From NCBI GenBank assembly GCA_040954595.2, contig CM082586.2, positions 9,889,337-9,953,336 of the forward strand: a DNA stretch of 64,000 bases, written 5' to 3'. Shown piece by piece: positions 29,837 to 41,191 of the stretch. The stretch is from Balanoglossus misakiensis. Its lineage: Eukaryota; Animalia; Hemichordata. The notes beneath the pieces were generated by a model. It ran no database searches and was not told the DNA's origin. It worked only from the letters and a program-made list of their open reading frames with translations. The translations under genes and the position numbers were made by a program. The stretch's first letter is position 1. Each line of letters starts with the position of its first letter.

Positions 29837-31440
29837 GTAGTCATGCAGAATTAATTTTATGTGTTCTAAATAATTATTTTAGCTTATCTTTGTTGGAAAT
29901 AATTTTGCCAACATCTCGAATTATTTTTACGTGTAGACTCGAATTAATTTCAGGTGTAGTGTCGAATTAATATCACGTGTTTTGTCGAATTAATTTCACG
30001 TGTTGTGTCGAATTAATTTTACATTGTGTCAAATTAATATTGCCCCCACAATCCTTTGCGCTTAAATCAAGATGGCGGCGGCTGAGCATGTCTTTCTCGC
30101 CGCATAAAGTTCGAAAAAGGGGCCGTTGTACAAGTTGTGAGACGTTTTGGGGGGAATTCAATGTTTTTAATTATTTTTTGTAGTCATGCAGAATTAATTT
30201 TATGTGTTCTAAATAATTATTTTAGCTTATCTTTGTTAGAAATAATTTTGCCAACATATCGAATTCTTTTTACGTGTAGACTTGAATTAATTACAGGTGT
30301 AGTGTCGAATTAATATCATCTTTTACAAGATAGATAGGTGATGTGTTTTGCTCTGTGAAAGAAAATGGAGGGGGAGGGTGTTTAAAATTTTGGCAGTTCG
30401 GAAGGGGGATTTGTAAATATTTCGGGTTGTGTCGGGGGGAGGGGGGGGGGGGCATGTGAAAATTAGCGGTAAAATTTTTTAATTCTCTCGCCCACCCCCC
30501 CCCCCACCCTCCAATGGTGTTTGTGAATGCAGCCTACAGAGGAGGTGGAGACTTCGGGGTCTGCCCCTTTACTATCTATGCCCCACACCCTATCTTATCA
30601 GTTGTAAATCTAGAATGCAAGCTATCATTAAATATGGTTATGTAGAGAGAGACTTTGTCTTTTTAATTTAAATTTATTTAAACAAAACTTGAGTTTACAA
30701 GGAAATTTTAAGGAATATTTTATTCGCCGTTTCCTGGGATCTGGGCCCTACAGCTATTTCTTAGTTCTGAAAATAACAAATTAACACAATTTTTGTATGT
30801 TCAGATGTCAAAATTTATTCAATCAAGGCGAATTGGCAACGCGGGGCAACAGCTTGCTCTGTGTACAGGTCTGTGTGTTCCCGCCATGACACGGCCTCCA
30901 CGCCAAGAACACTGTACGCAGAGCTGGGCTATACCATAGCAAGGCTGGCGATTACACCAACTGGTAGTGGTTTTGAGTGGTTTGACTAGAAAATTCTGTC
31001 TGTAGACCAAAACTCGTGGACCGATCGCCGTTTTCGAGCACACTGCATTTATATTGGACAGCAAATCGCCCCAAAACGTTTCACAACTTGTACAACGGCC
31101 CCTTTTTTAACTTTATGCGGCGAGAAAGACATGCTCAGCCGCCGCCATCTTGATTTACGCGCAAAGGATTGTAAGGGCAATATTATTTGACAACGTGAAA
31201 TTAATTCGACACAACACGTGAAATTAATTCGAGTCTACACATAAAAATAATTCGAGATGTTGGCAGAATTATTTCTAACAAAGATAAGCTAAAATAATTA
31301 TTTAGAACACATAAAATTAATTCTGCATGACTACAAAAAAATAATTAAAGCACATAAAAAATAATTCTATATACTGGTAAAATTAAATCTAACATGTTTT
31401 ATTAATAAACTACAATTTTGACCAGAACGGGCCCTCATAG
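29837..31440. mobile_element. Foldback-type element with long inverted arms and ~22-bp internal subrepeats
   Basis: 29837-30152 is the near-perfect reverse complement of ~31068-31335 (AAGATGGCGGCGGCTGAGCATG / CATGCTCAGCCGCCGCCATCTT). 29837-29975 is repeated directly at ~30180-30318. Subrepeat is GTCGAATTAATTTCACGTGTTGT. Confidence 0.8.
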
Positions 31441-31593
31441 ATACCGGTAGTACATGTAACTTTGGGTGTTTTTCTCAATGTTTATAATGTGTTTTGATTG
31501 CCTGTTCTACTTGTTTCTGAACATAGTTAAAGCTTCATTAGCTGTAACTTTTCACTTTGTTTTCAGTATTTTTGTTTTAAGTATTTACTGCAG

Positions 31594-32443
31594 TGTCTTC
31601 TTCAGATCCCTGAATCATGATGAAATATAGGTGTGTCTGTTCAGTATTGTTATTGTGAATTTGAATTCAAGTCTGGACTAGAATTCATTTCAATAGCCGT
31701 TACACACATACAGGTTATGCTGACAAGTGGAGTTCTGTGTAGAGCATGTGTAACAGTTAATGTCCCTTTAAATATCACATACATACATCTGTCTAGTTTT
31801 GTACATGCAACTCACACGTATGTTATATTTATTGATTGACTGTCAAATATCATCCTGTTGTTTGATTAAATGTAAATGTTGTATGTTGTAGAATAGAAAG
31901 CTCAATTCTTCTAGTTCCATAGATATCAGTGCTCATTTTAAAGCTGAAAGTGACATTTTCAACACTAAATGCAAGGAAATGTAACTAAATATTTTAATTT
32001 TGCAGTCAAAATGCAACACAGTCAGCTCCGAACTGCATTTAAAATCCAAACACATGGTGTTATATTCTTGGTAATAAGCAAAGATCTGTATCCTATCCAC
32101 AAAGTATATATCATACACACAGTATTATCTTAATAACTATAATACAGCTATGAAATTGCTAGAAACATTGTAATATTTGGATGAATTTAAAGAAAAATAA
32201 TTATATTTATATTAACAGTATGTAAAAGTTACGAAGATTTAGCGTTGAATGATGTTGTGATGTCTGTAAGAGCTGTTCCAATACAAGGTGAACGAATTTC
32301 AAAACCTTTTGTTCAATCAACCTTTCTACTGACCTGTGATTCCAAAAGTTATTGAAATATCATTACACATTTACCTGTATATAGTGCAGACTATAAATAG
32401 AGCACACTCTGGAAAGGAGTTATGTAATTAATATCTCTATCAT
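31594..32443 (+). pseudogene. Three phase-compatible decayed exons of an unidentified gene (31594-31630, 32006-32070, 32219-32443)
   Basis: Each has a pyrimidine-rich AG acceptor and GT donor, with phases 1-2, 2-1, 1-1. The spliced reading is SSSDP*IMMKYSQNATQSAPNCI*NPNTWCYILVCKSYEDLALNDVVMSVRAVPIQGERISKPFVQSTFLLTCDSKSY*..., with several stops. Confidence 0.45.
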
Positions 32444-32550
32444 GTGAGTGACATCATTTTAAGGGCCACTGACCACCCCACCTGTGACAATTTGCTAGGG
32501 GGTGCGAACATCTCAACAGGAGGTGAATCCCTCCATGCCATGTCTGGGTA

Positions 32551-32551
<1 letters not shown>

Positions 32552-32589
<38 letters not shown>

Positions 32590-32651
32590 CTTTCATTCAT
32601 TCATTCAGTGAGTCAGTCAGTTAGTCAGTCAGTCAGTCCGTCAGTCAGTCA
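32552..32651. repeat. Compound microsatellite (GATT)n/(CATT)n/(AGTC)n
   Basis: Directly visible. Confidence 0.95.
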
Positions 32652-32973
32652 TATTAATTAATTCATTAAGGCATATAAACGATATAGCTAGCCTATTGTG
32701 ATAGGAATGGGCTAACACCCTTGTCATATAAACTTTGGCGAAGCGATCCCAAGCTCAGCTAAGGTAGATGGGAGGGACCTGAATCACATGTGCCCATCAT
32801 AATGAAAGCTGCCAACCCTCTTAGAATGATACTACGGCCTATACGTTGATCACCTGATCGCATCGCCCTGTCACACTTGGCTATGGGCTACTGTTCATGT
32901 ATGATAAAGGGGTTATTACACTAAGTTTGGTCGATAACGTGACGCATCCTCGTGATGTCCATAATATGGACAT

Positions 32974-33240
32974 CCCTTACGAAAAAAGGGCCTGCTGCAA
33001 ACTCCTCCCGCAAATCTGCAGCAGGATTCTGCGAACTCACTGCAAACTGCTGCTGCAAAGTGGCAAACAGTCCTGATTTTACCATGCAAATTAGGGGACT
33101 TGCAAATTTGTTGCAAACTTCCAGCAACAAGATTTTGAATACTGCAGTGAGTTCACAGGAATTTGAATACTGCAGTGAGTTCACAGCAATCAAGATTGCC
33201 ACCTTGAAAATTTGAACATTGCAGTGAGTTTGCAGCAAGA
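32974..33240. mobile_element. One terminus of a CACTA/EnSpm-like element with subterminal repeats
   Basis: Starts CCCTTACGAAAAAA, followed by direct and inverted copies of a CTGCAAACTCACTGC / GCAGTGAGTTTGCAG motif. The other end was not found. Confidence 0.45.
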
Positions 33241-33611
33241 CAATTAACTAGGGGTACCATTGAACCACCCACCCCCACCCCCCATAAAACCTCAGAGACA
33301 AGCAAACTATAATTAACAGTTTTTATTTTTAAAAAAATCTATTTTAATCACAGGGTTAAGAAATCTAAAAAATCAACATGGTAAAACTACACACTACAAA
33401 AATTGGTTTTCAAAAAATAAAAAAGCTACACTACAAATATAAACACCACAACTTGCTCCTCTGCAAAAAATGTTTTTCCAATATAAAAAACTACACTACA
33501 AACAACTTGCTACTCTAATTTTTTTTCAATATAAAAAAAACTACACTACAAACTTGCTACTCTACAATTTTTTTCCAATATAAAAAACTACACTACAAAC
33601 TTCCTACTCTA

Positions 33612-34797
33612 CTACACTCTGTTTTTATTTAAGACAGCCCGTTTGCATGTGGCGCATTTCGCGTTGAATGCATGGATCAGCTCTTTTGTTGACATCTTCA
33701 GTTTGTTGACACCAAATACTGAAAAAGAGAAGAATAAACACATATCAGTTACACCATGCAGTAATAAGGAGAAGATTGCCAAGCATAATTGTTACATATG
33801 CAGTTGCCCAATACGAGTAATTTCCACCAACCGGAAGTCACACAATTCAACTAAAATTCAGGAAAAAAACTTAATATCATTCAGGTACAAAAACTGTTGA
33901 CCTAACTGATAAATTTCATCGAGTGTATTTGTAGTAGATGGTCAGAACAAATAAAATGAAATGTATAAGGATGAGATGCACCTTTATAATGATATTTATT
34001 TTGAATCCAGTGAATATGGGATAGCCAATCAAAGAATTTCACTCCAGGGACATGCAAAAAATGTCATTATCATAGAATACAATCATTTCGACATTTTAAA
34101 GAAACCTTTTACTTACAAGTCAGTGCCGTTACAACATGCTGGTAGGGTGTTCCAATAAATGCGCTGGTATTCTTCCCGCTCAGTTGTTCGGGTTTTAAAC
34201 AACCCATCCATCAGCTTTTTTATGACGTAAGATGGCGGCTTGTTCTTGCATCTACCTAAAGTTATGCTCAACCAGGCAGATGGAATCGCTACGTTGGAGT
34301 TGGAAAGCCGTTCATATTGCAGTGGCAGAGGCTCGCCCTCGTCTAGAATCACCTGATTGAAATTAAAAAGAGTACCAATAATTATTACATTGGTGTGAAA
34401 GTCATTTAGTACTCACAAAATTCAATCCCCACTTACTTACAAAGAGAAGGCTAAATGATTGCATTCAGAATAAACATGACCTATGTCAACAAATTCATTG
34501 AGAAAAAAAAATGTTTCCCTGTTAAAAGCAACAAATTTACATAATTAAACTGTGTATTAAAATGCAAGCATGGGATAACATGAGGTACTAAAGAGAAGGG
34601 GTGTATTATGCATGTATATACTGACGTGGACTGGGGGGATGCAGAAGTGTGAGCGATGGCGTGCTTACATGAAGAACTGACACTTACATAGTTTGCCCTG
34701 GGAATGATTTACCCTCGTTTGGGCGTGTAATGACTATCCTCAGAGAAGCCTTTTGATGCACAGGTGTGTACACAGCACTGGCGTGTTTTCTCAGCTT
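33612..34797 (-). pseudogene. BEN-domain-like protein gene remnant, 3 exons (34797-34688, 34352-34117, 33718-33612)
   Basis: Canonical cag/gtaagt sites and compatible phases after one 1-bp frameshift: ...KPPSYVIKKLMDGLFK/PEQLSGKNTSAFIGTPYQHVVTALTL|FGVNKLKMSTKELIHAFNAKCATCKR. This fits the BEN pattern LxxLFxxEEL...NxKC. There is a stop in the first exon. Confidence 0.6.
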
Positions 34798-35340
34798 CTG
34801 CAAAATAATAGTAACAAATTGAGTCGCACAAATGCACCCACTATTTCTTGCTATTTCATATTTCATTCAAATGTCTGCAACAACATATACTGTGCACATA
34901 ACAGCCCCCCCCCCATGCACTGTTCCAATTACAAGACCTACCCCAATTCTTACTGGCACCATGGACTTATACCACTTATACAATGATGCAACAGGCTTAT
35001 CTTTTTATAGACACCTGACATTAGAAAGACCTTGTATGTATACCACTCTATTCTGACAAAAATGCAAGTTAATCAACATCACATATAAAATAATATAATA
35101 TGAATAGAATAAAACCGATTCACAAAATATCAAATAGCTACTTGTTAGGCATTTGATTTTAAGTTGGATGGTGTTTGTGTATTGCAGAGGGATGTTTGTG
35201 TGCAGTAATCACGCTGTACATACCATGCAAGTTTGGCATACTATCACTCAAATATGACGCGTTATCGACCAAACTTAGTGTAATAACCCTTAAGTAACAC
35301 CCTCTTATTTTAAAGAAAACTCATTATTGAAGCCCATTAA

Positions 35341-35425
35341 CCCTTTCACAACCAAGGTTCAGTCTAAACCCATTGTTATCTATGAAAAGGTTCGACCTGT
35401 ATAGAAGGAACTGGGGGTGAAAGGG
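35341..35425. mobile_element. piggyBac-type MITE (85 bp)
   Basis: TTAA-CCCTTTCAC...GTGAAAGGG-TTAA. Partial relatives lie near 56404 and 61590. Confidence 0.8.
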
Positions 35426-35589
35426 TTAAAGGGACAAAGTCTCAGTTTTGTCCTTTGACTCACTGGCTTTTATTAGAGGTTCCTACCTTTAAATGTTTCA
35501 TAAAATGTTTAATCAAATCTGTCTTCAATCAGAGTAGACATTGTTTACATACACCTTTTGTTAAATAATTGTACTGTGTTGTATTTCAG

Positions 35590-35688
35590 ATTTTTGTCAG
35601 GAGCAGGTGAGAAATACGGTATGATTTCTGAAGGTCTGAGTACTGCATTGCAGTTATTTGACGATATGAAGACTTTGCGATTTTCAAG
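35590..35688 (+). pseudogene. MED25: MED25 (Mediator subunit 25) VWA-domain exon, 99 bp, phase 2-2
   Basis: tttcag/gtaatt boundaries. Translates [30 protein letters not shown], matching the recalled human MED25 segment [30 protein letters not shown]. Neighbouring VWA exons were not found. Confidence 0.9.
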
Positions 35689-35836
35689 GTAATTATGGTA
35701 AAATTGTGAGGTTAAAAACCATTCTCTAATTATGGGCCCCACTTTTTGAGGTGGTTTATCTGTTTATGTAAAGCTCACCATGTCAACCAGGAAATGATTC
35801 GATACCGACAGTGGAGTACAACTGATGTGCGAAGTA

Positions 35837-36362
35837 CATTGAAACCTGCCAAGTAAGGGCACCTCTGGGATCACACAACATGTCCTTTAAGGGATACAGG
35901 CTCTCTCTCTCGCTCGCTGCCCCTTATTCCATTAATTATATTTGATACAAGACACCATTTATGTTTTTTCTACATGTGGATATATGGTGAATCAATATTC
36001 AACCACACACAAAGTCCATCCTGCTTGTGGACATGAGAGTGAAAAAAATCGCCAAAATGAATAATCAGTCTCTACCATTTATTCGTTTTGGGTGAGTTTT
36101 TACTCCCATATCATACACGCGGGATGGAAGTTGTGTATGGTTGAATGTTCATTCACTACATATACACATGTACATTAACATAAACAGTGTCTTGTATCAA
36201 ACATTATTAATGGAAAAAAGGGCAGCGAGAGAGAGACTTTGTCCCTTTAAAAGAGAGGTGTCCTTAAAAGAAATGTGCATGTAATATTCTATTCAAGCCA
36301 TTACTTTTGTCTTGAACAATCTGTCCTGATTAGAGAGATGTCTGTATTGACAGGTTTCACTG
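35837..36362. mobile_element. Tc1/pogo-type MITE (TA TSD) with a nested palindromic element
   Basis: TA-CATTGAAACCTG ... CAGGTTTCACTG-TA. Confidence 0.7.
35891..36246. mobile_element. Kolobok-like palindromic MITE
   Basis: TTAA on both sides. The ~355 bp form one imperfect hairpin (TTTGATACAAGACAC / GTGTCTTGTATCAAA; CTCTCTCGC..TGCCC / GGGCAGCGAGAGAG). Confidence 0.75.
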
Positions 36363-37384
36363 TATTATCAACATTTTCAGTTTCATAATCCTTCTGTGTT
36401 TGCCAGAGAATTTTGACAGCAGTCAAAAGCTTTCTCTGCCATACCCATAATAAAAGAAAGCTTGCACCTGTGTTTTACTGTTTTCAAAGGGGAAATCCGG
36501 TCCAGCTGATTTTCTACATAATTTGGTAGCTTTGAGGTCACTCTTTCAGAAAAAAAAACATATTCGTCAAGTATAAGTCGTCAGGTATTTTACAAAATCG
36601 AGGGAAAGTTGGCAGAATTTATAATATGGCCTTAACTGTAATTTGAATCATGGGAAAAAAAGCGCCAGGACCAACTTCCATCCACCTTGGTGTGGGTGAT
36701 ACCATTTTCCAATGGGTGTAACTGCGTGACGGCTTGGGTATCTGTTGCTGAGCAAATATTTGAAATCATACAATCCAGATTCTAAAGTTCACAGGACAAA
36801 TATACAACATGTTTACATGGCCATTTACAACCAATTCATCCTATTGTGGTGATGTACAAAACCTTTTTTGTGGTTTGTTAAAGTTTTCATTACTCTAAAT
36901 GGGTACTTCCATAAAATGGTAGTAATATATTTATTAATATTTATTACACATCACATATTATTATTCGCTCTGGCTTTTTTGTCAAATTTTCAAATAAAAA
37001 AGGCAGTTATAACTTTGATGGGACCAAGAAAAGATTTTGCCATAGGATATCAAAAGGACACTTTCATTGTTTTTATGAACTGTTGTTTTTCTGTTCTATA
37101 AAAGATGCAAATTGTTCTACTCCATTTTTGGGTCAAAAAATATTTTCATCAGATTGGTTTGAGGGTTAGATGTTGTAGCTAATAGTGTAAAGGCCATGAT
37201 TGTTTTTGTTCACAAATATATTCAATTACAATGTATCATTATTATGCAGTTTTACCAATGTTGAGAGGCTTTCCTTGTCAACTGGCCTGTGTGTATGCAT
37301 CAAATCCTTCATGTAAAAGGTCAAAGCAGAAAGTATTTCTAACAATGATTAGACTAAAGCAGGAGACTTTTGAGGAGAGTTTCA

Positions 37385-37560
37385 GGAGACATCATGGCCT
37401 TGTGGTGAGGGCACAGGGTTGTGGGTTCAAGAACCAGACCTGGACATGGCCGTGGGTTTTGAGGATGGTGACTTCATGACCGCGATATTGTGCCCTTGAG
37501 CGCAGCACTTTACCTCTCATTGTTTTGGAGGAACTGGCTTTGTATACTAGTGATCTGCAC
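37385..37560 (+). mobile_element. Degenerate tRNA-derived SINE
   Basis: A-box-like TGGCCTTGTGG, B-box-like GGTTCAAGAAC, then GTGCCCTTGAGCGCAGCACTTTAC, resembling the conserved SINE body motif GTGTCCTTGAGCAAGACACTT. Confidence 0.6.
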
Positions 37561-37619
37561 CTGTTCCAGTCATTCTATCCTAGGTAGACATATTTTCTTT
37601 GTTTGCAATAGATGAATTA

Positions 37620-37809
37620 CTGTCAAACAGGAAATTATTGTGAACTTCGCGAGAACCAAAAAATGCAAATTAAAAGTCACGTAAAAATGTTTTTCAGGGA
37701 TATTGGTGCAGTTAGTGAAATATAAGAAAGCAAAATTTAAGTGTAGCATAACAGTTGTCTCTATTGATATTGCAAACATTTCCTGTCACAGAAATTTCCC
37801 GTTTTACAG
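37620..37809. mobile_element. TA-flanked MITE
   Basis: TA-CTGTCAAACAGGAAATT ... AATTTCCCGTTTTACAG-TA. A relative lies at 60052-60256. Confidence 0.7.
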
Positions 37810-37844
37810 TATATAAATAAATCAACTAAATATTTTTACTACAG

Positions 37845-38106
37845 GTGCCGCACCAACAAGTCATCTGTCACTTGGACAACCAAGTCAAATTGGAAGTCAG
37901 TCTCCACAACAACTGTCATCCTCTCAACAGTAATTGACTCAACCAAGTCAGCCCCAGATGCAGGGCCAAGGTCAAAGGTCATCAATGCCTTTTGGTCAGC
38001 CTACCAGTTTACCCAACCAACCAGTATCCGCTGTCACAGCAAACAGGACACAACAACCAAATGTGACTGTTTCATTTATCCCATTGAGACAATTTTCATC
38101 ACCCAG
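37845..38106 (+). pseudogene. MED25: MED25-like Q/P/S-rich linker exon with premature stop
   Basis: ctacag/gtacag boundaries. Reads GAAPTSHLSLGQPSQ...SQQ*LTQPSQPQMQ, with TAA at 37931. Assignment rests on position, phase and composition only, and its end phase does not match the next exon. Confidence 0.55.
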
Positions 38107-38532
38107 GTACAGTTGTGGTCTACCTTCTACTTTATTATATAATAAAATAGCCGTTTCTAGTTACCCATCCTGTGAATTGAAAGCTTTTTATGACTGTTTC
38201 ACATAGCCTTGTCTAACCATTATCTTTACAGTTGACTATTGTTTCAAAACAAATTCAAAACTTCTGTTTTGGTTGCTAGAAACCCACTCTGTAAACGCTA
38301 AGACTTTTTTGGATAATGCCACAGACTCAGTAATCAAATTCAATTTTTAATGTGATTAATGTTGATAAGCCCTAAAACTCAATCCCATCCAAATGTGTGT
38401 TGAAAATAGGACTTTGAGAGTTGCAAGCTCAACATCGAATCAAAAATTGCAGTCATGAATTAAAAATGGGGTTTTGAATACTGGCCTTGATAATGCTCCA
38501 TATTAACTAGGTTTGTTAATCTTTTTGGACAG

Positions 38533-38716
38533 GCAACTTCACCTCCAAAGATGACTTCCCAGCAGGCACCAGCTGCTGCACTGAAAGCCACAGAGGGTGT
38601 CATGCAAATGGCAAATGCTAGTCAGTTCAGTAAGATGCCACCAATTGCTGCTGTGAATTCTATCAACTCACAGCCACAGGAGAGATGGCCAGGTACAGAT
38701 TCACAGCCACAAAGAG
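38533..38716 (+). pseudogene. MED25: MED25 SD1-like exon, phase 0-1
   Basis: ATSPPKMTSQQAPAAALKATEGVMQMAN resembles the recalled human [22 protein letters not shown]. Acceptor ggacag, donor gtaggt. Confidence 0.6.
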
Positions 38717-38723
38717 GTAGGTA

Positions 38724-39056
38724 CAGTCAAACCTGTCTATACTGGCCAGACAGGGGACTTTCCTAACTGGCCTTTATAGAAAGGTGGCCTCTACAGTCAG
38801 GTCATTTAATGTGCAATGTGTAATATATTGCTATATTATTGTGGGCTTATACCAGAGTGATTAGACGACACAGGACATGTGTGTACAAACTAGACAGCCA
38901 TGCTGTTTTTTTATTGCCAACTGCACATGCTCACTCGTTCAGCCTCGTACACTGCAAATTTATACATAACAGTAAATACCAATACCTAACACAATGTATA
39001 TGGACTGTAACAGAGTAGCCACTATATAGAGGTGGCACCTAACACGGGTTTGACTG
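38724..39056. mobile_element. Tc1/pogo-type MITE (CAGTCAAACC termini, TA TSD) containing a solo LTR
   Basis: TA-CAGTCAAACCTGT ... ACGGGTTTGACTG-TA. Confidence 0.8.
38819..38991 (-). mobile_element. Short solo LTR (173 bp)
   Basis: TGTAA...TAACA termini, 5-bp TSD CAATG at 38814-38818 and 38992-38996, AATAAA on the minus strand. Confidence 0.7.
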
Positions 39057-39306
39057 TAACATCTGTTATGTTGCCATGGCAGTCATTTACTGTTAATTTG
39101 ATTATACAGAGGAAAAAATATTCCAGTTCCCTTTCTTATATCCTCATATCAGTGGCAGAGTACGCCAGTGTCACTGTAAAATTTTGTCGACATTTTTGCT
39201 AAGTTAGCTGTAGTAGCTGTTGGCTATTTTTTCTGTATTTTTAATCCAAGGAATTAAAGTGAATTCAATGCTTGTAAATAATTTCTAATTTCTTCTTACC
39301 CTCCAG

Positions 39307-39429
39307 ATATGAATGAATGTCACAGTGGTGGATATGCATGTCAACACTATTGTCAGAATACCCATGGTAGTTATCTCTGCACTTGCAGACCAGGATTCTA
39401 TCTGCTGGAGGATGGCCATGCATGTGCCG
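39307..39429 (+). CDS. Calcium-binding EGF exon 1 (intact, phase 1-1), probably part of a dead locus
   Basis: ctccag/gtatgt boundaries. DMNECHSGGYACQHYCQNTHGSYLCTCRPGFYLLEDGHACA has all six Cys and the cbEGF consensus. Confidence 0.92.
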
Positions 39430-40364
39430 GTATGTAACTGTGGATATTGATATCTTCTGTGGCTACATTGTTTGGGGATTGTATATTGCTACGGTTACAA
39501 TCAGCTAAACACACATCCTGTCTGTCCATTGCACACATTTTAAAATTTGAAATCAACCGCACACTCGTACTGAACACATGTTTGTTGAAATTGTATCTCA
39601 GAATGTTTCCAATTATAATTATGCATAATATAAACAAATTAACAAATGTGAAAACTTATCTTTGAAAATTTGTTTGCAAGGGAGAAAAAGTAATCTGTAT
39701 TTTAAAAATCAGACAAAGTTTTGCTGACAGGGTACACAAGTTTCAGGGGATTTTGTTAAAATGAGAATGATAGAGAGTGTTAAAATTCCTAGAAAGGGAT
39801 CGCCATGGATATTGAGGACTTTGGTGTAAAAACAATTAATTGATCAAGAAATATGTGGTTAAGAATATGTGTCATCAACCTCACACGATACTATAAGACT
39901 GTCTGATATATTCATGTACAAGTATTTTCACTACTTATTTGCATAATTTAATGAAATTAGCATAAATTATCAACCTATAGCTAAATAAATTACCTCTGCA
40001 AAGAATAAATATACACTTAGAAAATTCATATAGTTTTCATCTCATTTTAAAGACATTACAAAATGCTTCTCTGAGGGTACAGTAATTTTTAACGGGTATA
40101 TTCTTGATAACTCATCACCATGAATGAGCATTTCAAAACTTAACAAGGCCAGTGTACGAAATAAAGCCTGTCCGACAGTCCGAGACTGGTTGTTTTTCTG
40201 TAGGACTGGTAAAAATAAAATGTTACCAGTCCGACAGACAGGTTGAATTTAGCGTGGGAGTTGACTAGTGGTATCATGGCATCTTTTAGACTTTCCCAGG
40301 TTCATGTATTGCAATTAAAAGAAACAATGACTGCTTGATATTTCCTATGAATTTCGAACACTGA

Positions 40365-40650
40365 CAAGGCATATGGCTAAATAGGATTCAGTGTTTGTGC
40401 ACCTTCTATCCACAATGCTGGATCTATTGACAGTTTTCAAAGGGGTTTAAAGACTCGTCTTTTTATTCAGCACTATTTCATTCCATTGCTTTTTTGGTTT
40501 ATAGGGATTGTCTTTCAGAACTGTTTCTGTTTGTTTGGGGTTTTTAAGTGTAATTTTTTATCCTTTAAGCTTTCACTTGTTTTCTAATTTTATTATTTTC
40601 TGTAGAAGATGTATGTGTATTACATTTGTTAGGAAATAAATAATAATAAA
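40365..40650 (+). mobile_element. 3' remnant of an L2/CR1-group LINE
   Basis: Decayed YG..FSVCAP...FK..LKT.LF C-terminal motif followed by an (AAT)n-like tail. Confidence 0.55.
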
Positions 40651-40684
40651 ATAAATAAATAATAATAACTATCTTTGATTTCAG

Positions 40685-40801
40685 ATGTCAATGAATATAT
40701 GGAGAGAGCAGATCTTTGTGAAGGCCAGTGTGTGAATACAGCAGGCTCTTTTTATTTCACTTGTGCTGTGGAATATTGATTGGTCAATGGAGAGTGTACA
40801 G
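40685..40801 (+). pseudogene. cbEGF exon 2, disabled
   Basis: tttcag/gtaaga boundaries. DVNEYMERADLCEGQCVNTAGSFYFTCAVEY*LVNGECT has lost two Cys and contains an in-frame TGA. Confidence 0.9.
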
Positions 40802-40818
40802 GTAAGATCAACACAATA

Positions 40819-41191
40819 TAGAAATAATGCACGACGCCATGACCATTAATGTTTGTTTATGGGCAAGGGCGAGGGGAAAGCCAAAAATTCATGGGCGAGG
40901 CTTCCGAGCCCATTAATTTTAGCTTAGCTAGAGCCCGAGCCCTGCATTTATTTCCATTACATTACCAACAATCTCAAGAAAACCGTCAATATTTCTGAAA
41001 ATGTCCCACACACAAGACTTGGGGCCCCGGAACTTGTGTTATGCAAAATGTTGTGTTCACTGAACTGTTTGCTAATATTACTATTCAGATTTACGGGCAT
41101 GTAAACAAACCATTACTGGGTATTTGTGGTCAGTGATGTCGTTCATCTTGACCAATTAAAATGCGACGCACAGACCACGGTAATATAATAT
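40819..41191. mobile_element. Hairpin-bearing non-autonomous element (class uncertain, possibly Crypton-like)
   Basis: TAGAAATAATGCA start with an internal complement TGCATTTATTTC. Central palindrome AAAATTCATGGGCGAGGCTTCCGAGCCCATTAATTTT. Confidence 0.5.

Larger units (their letters stand above)
32910..35289. mobile_element. TIR DNA element (Kolobok-like shell) containing an EnSpm-like end and a BEN-domain gene remnant
   Basis: 30-bp perfect TIR GGGTTATTACACTAAGTTTGGTCGATAACG at 32910-32939 and 35260-35289. TTAA follows the right end; the left target site is degenerate. RR termini with TTAA are the Kolobok signature. Confidence 0.7.

Noticed and set aside
36795-36885. Possible next MED25 VWA exon (…NSSYCGDVQNL)
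   Set aside because: Similarity is too weak, it needs a frameshift, and there is no convincing donor site.
40819-41191. Candidate left end of the Academ element (TAG start)
   Set aside because: No matching inverted end was found downstream. The 41501/52480 pair is a far better TIR match.
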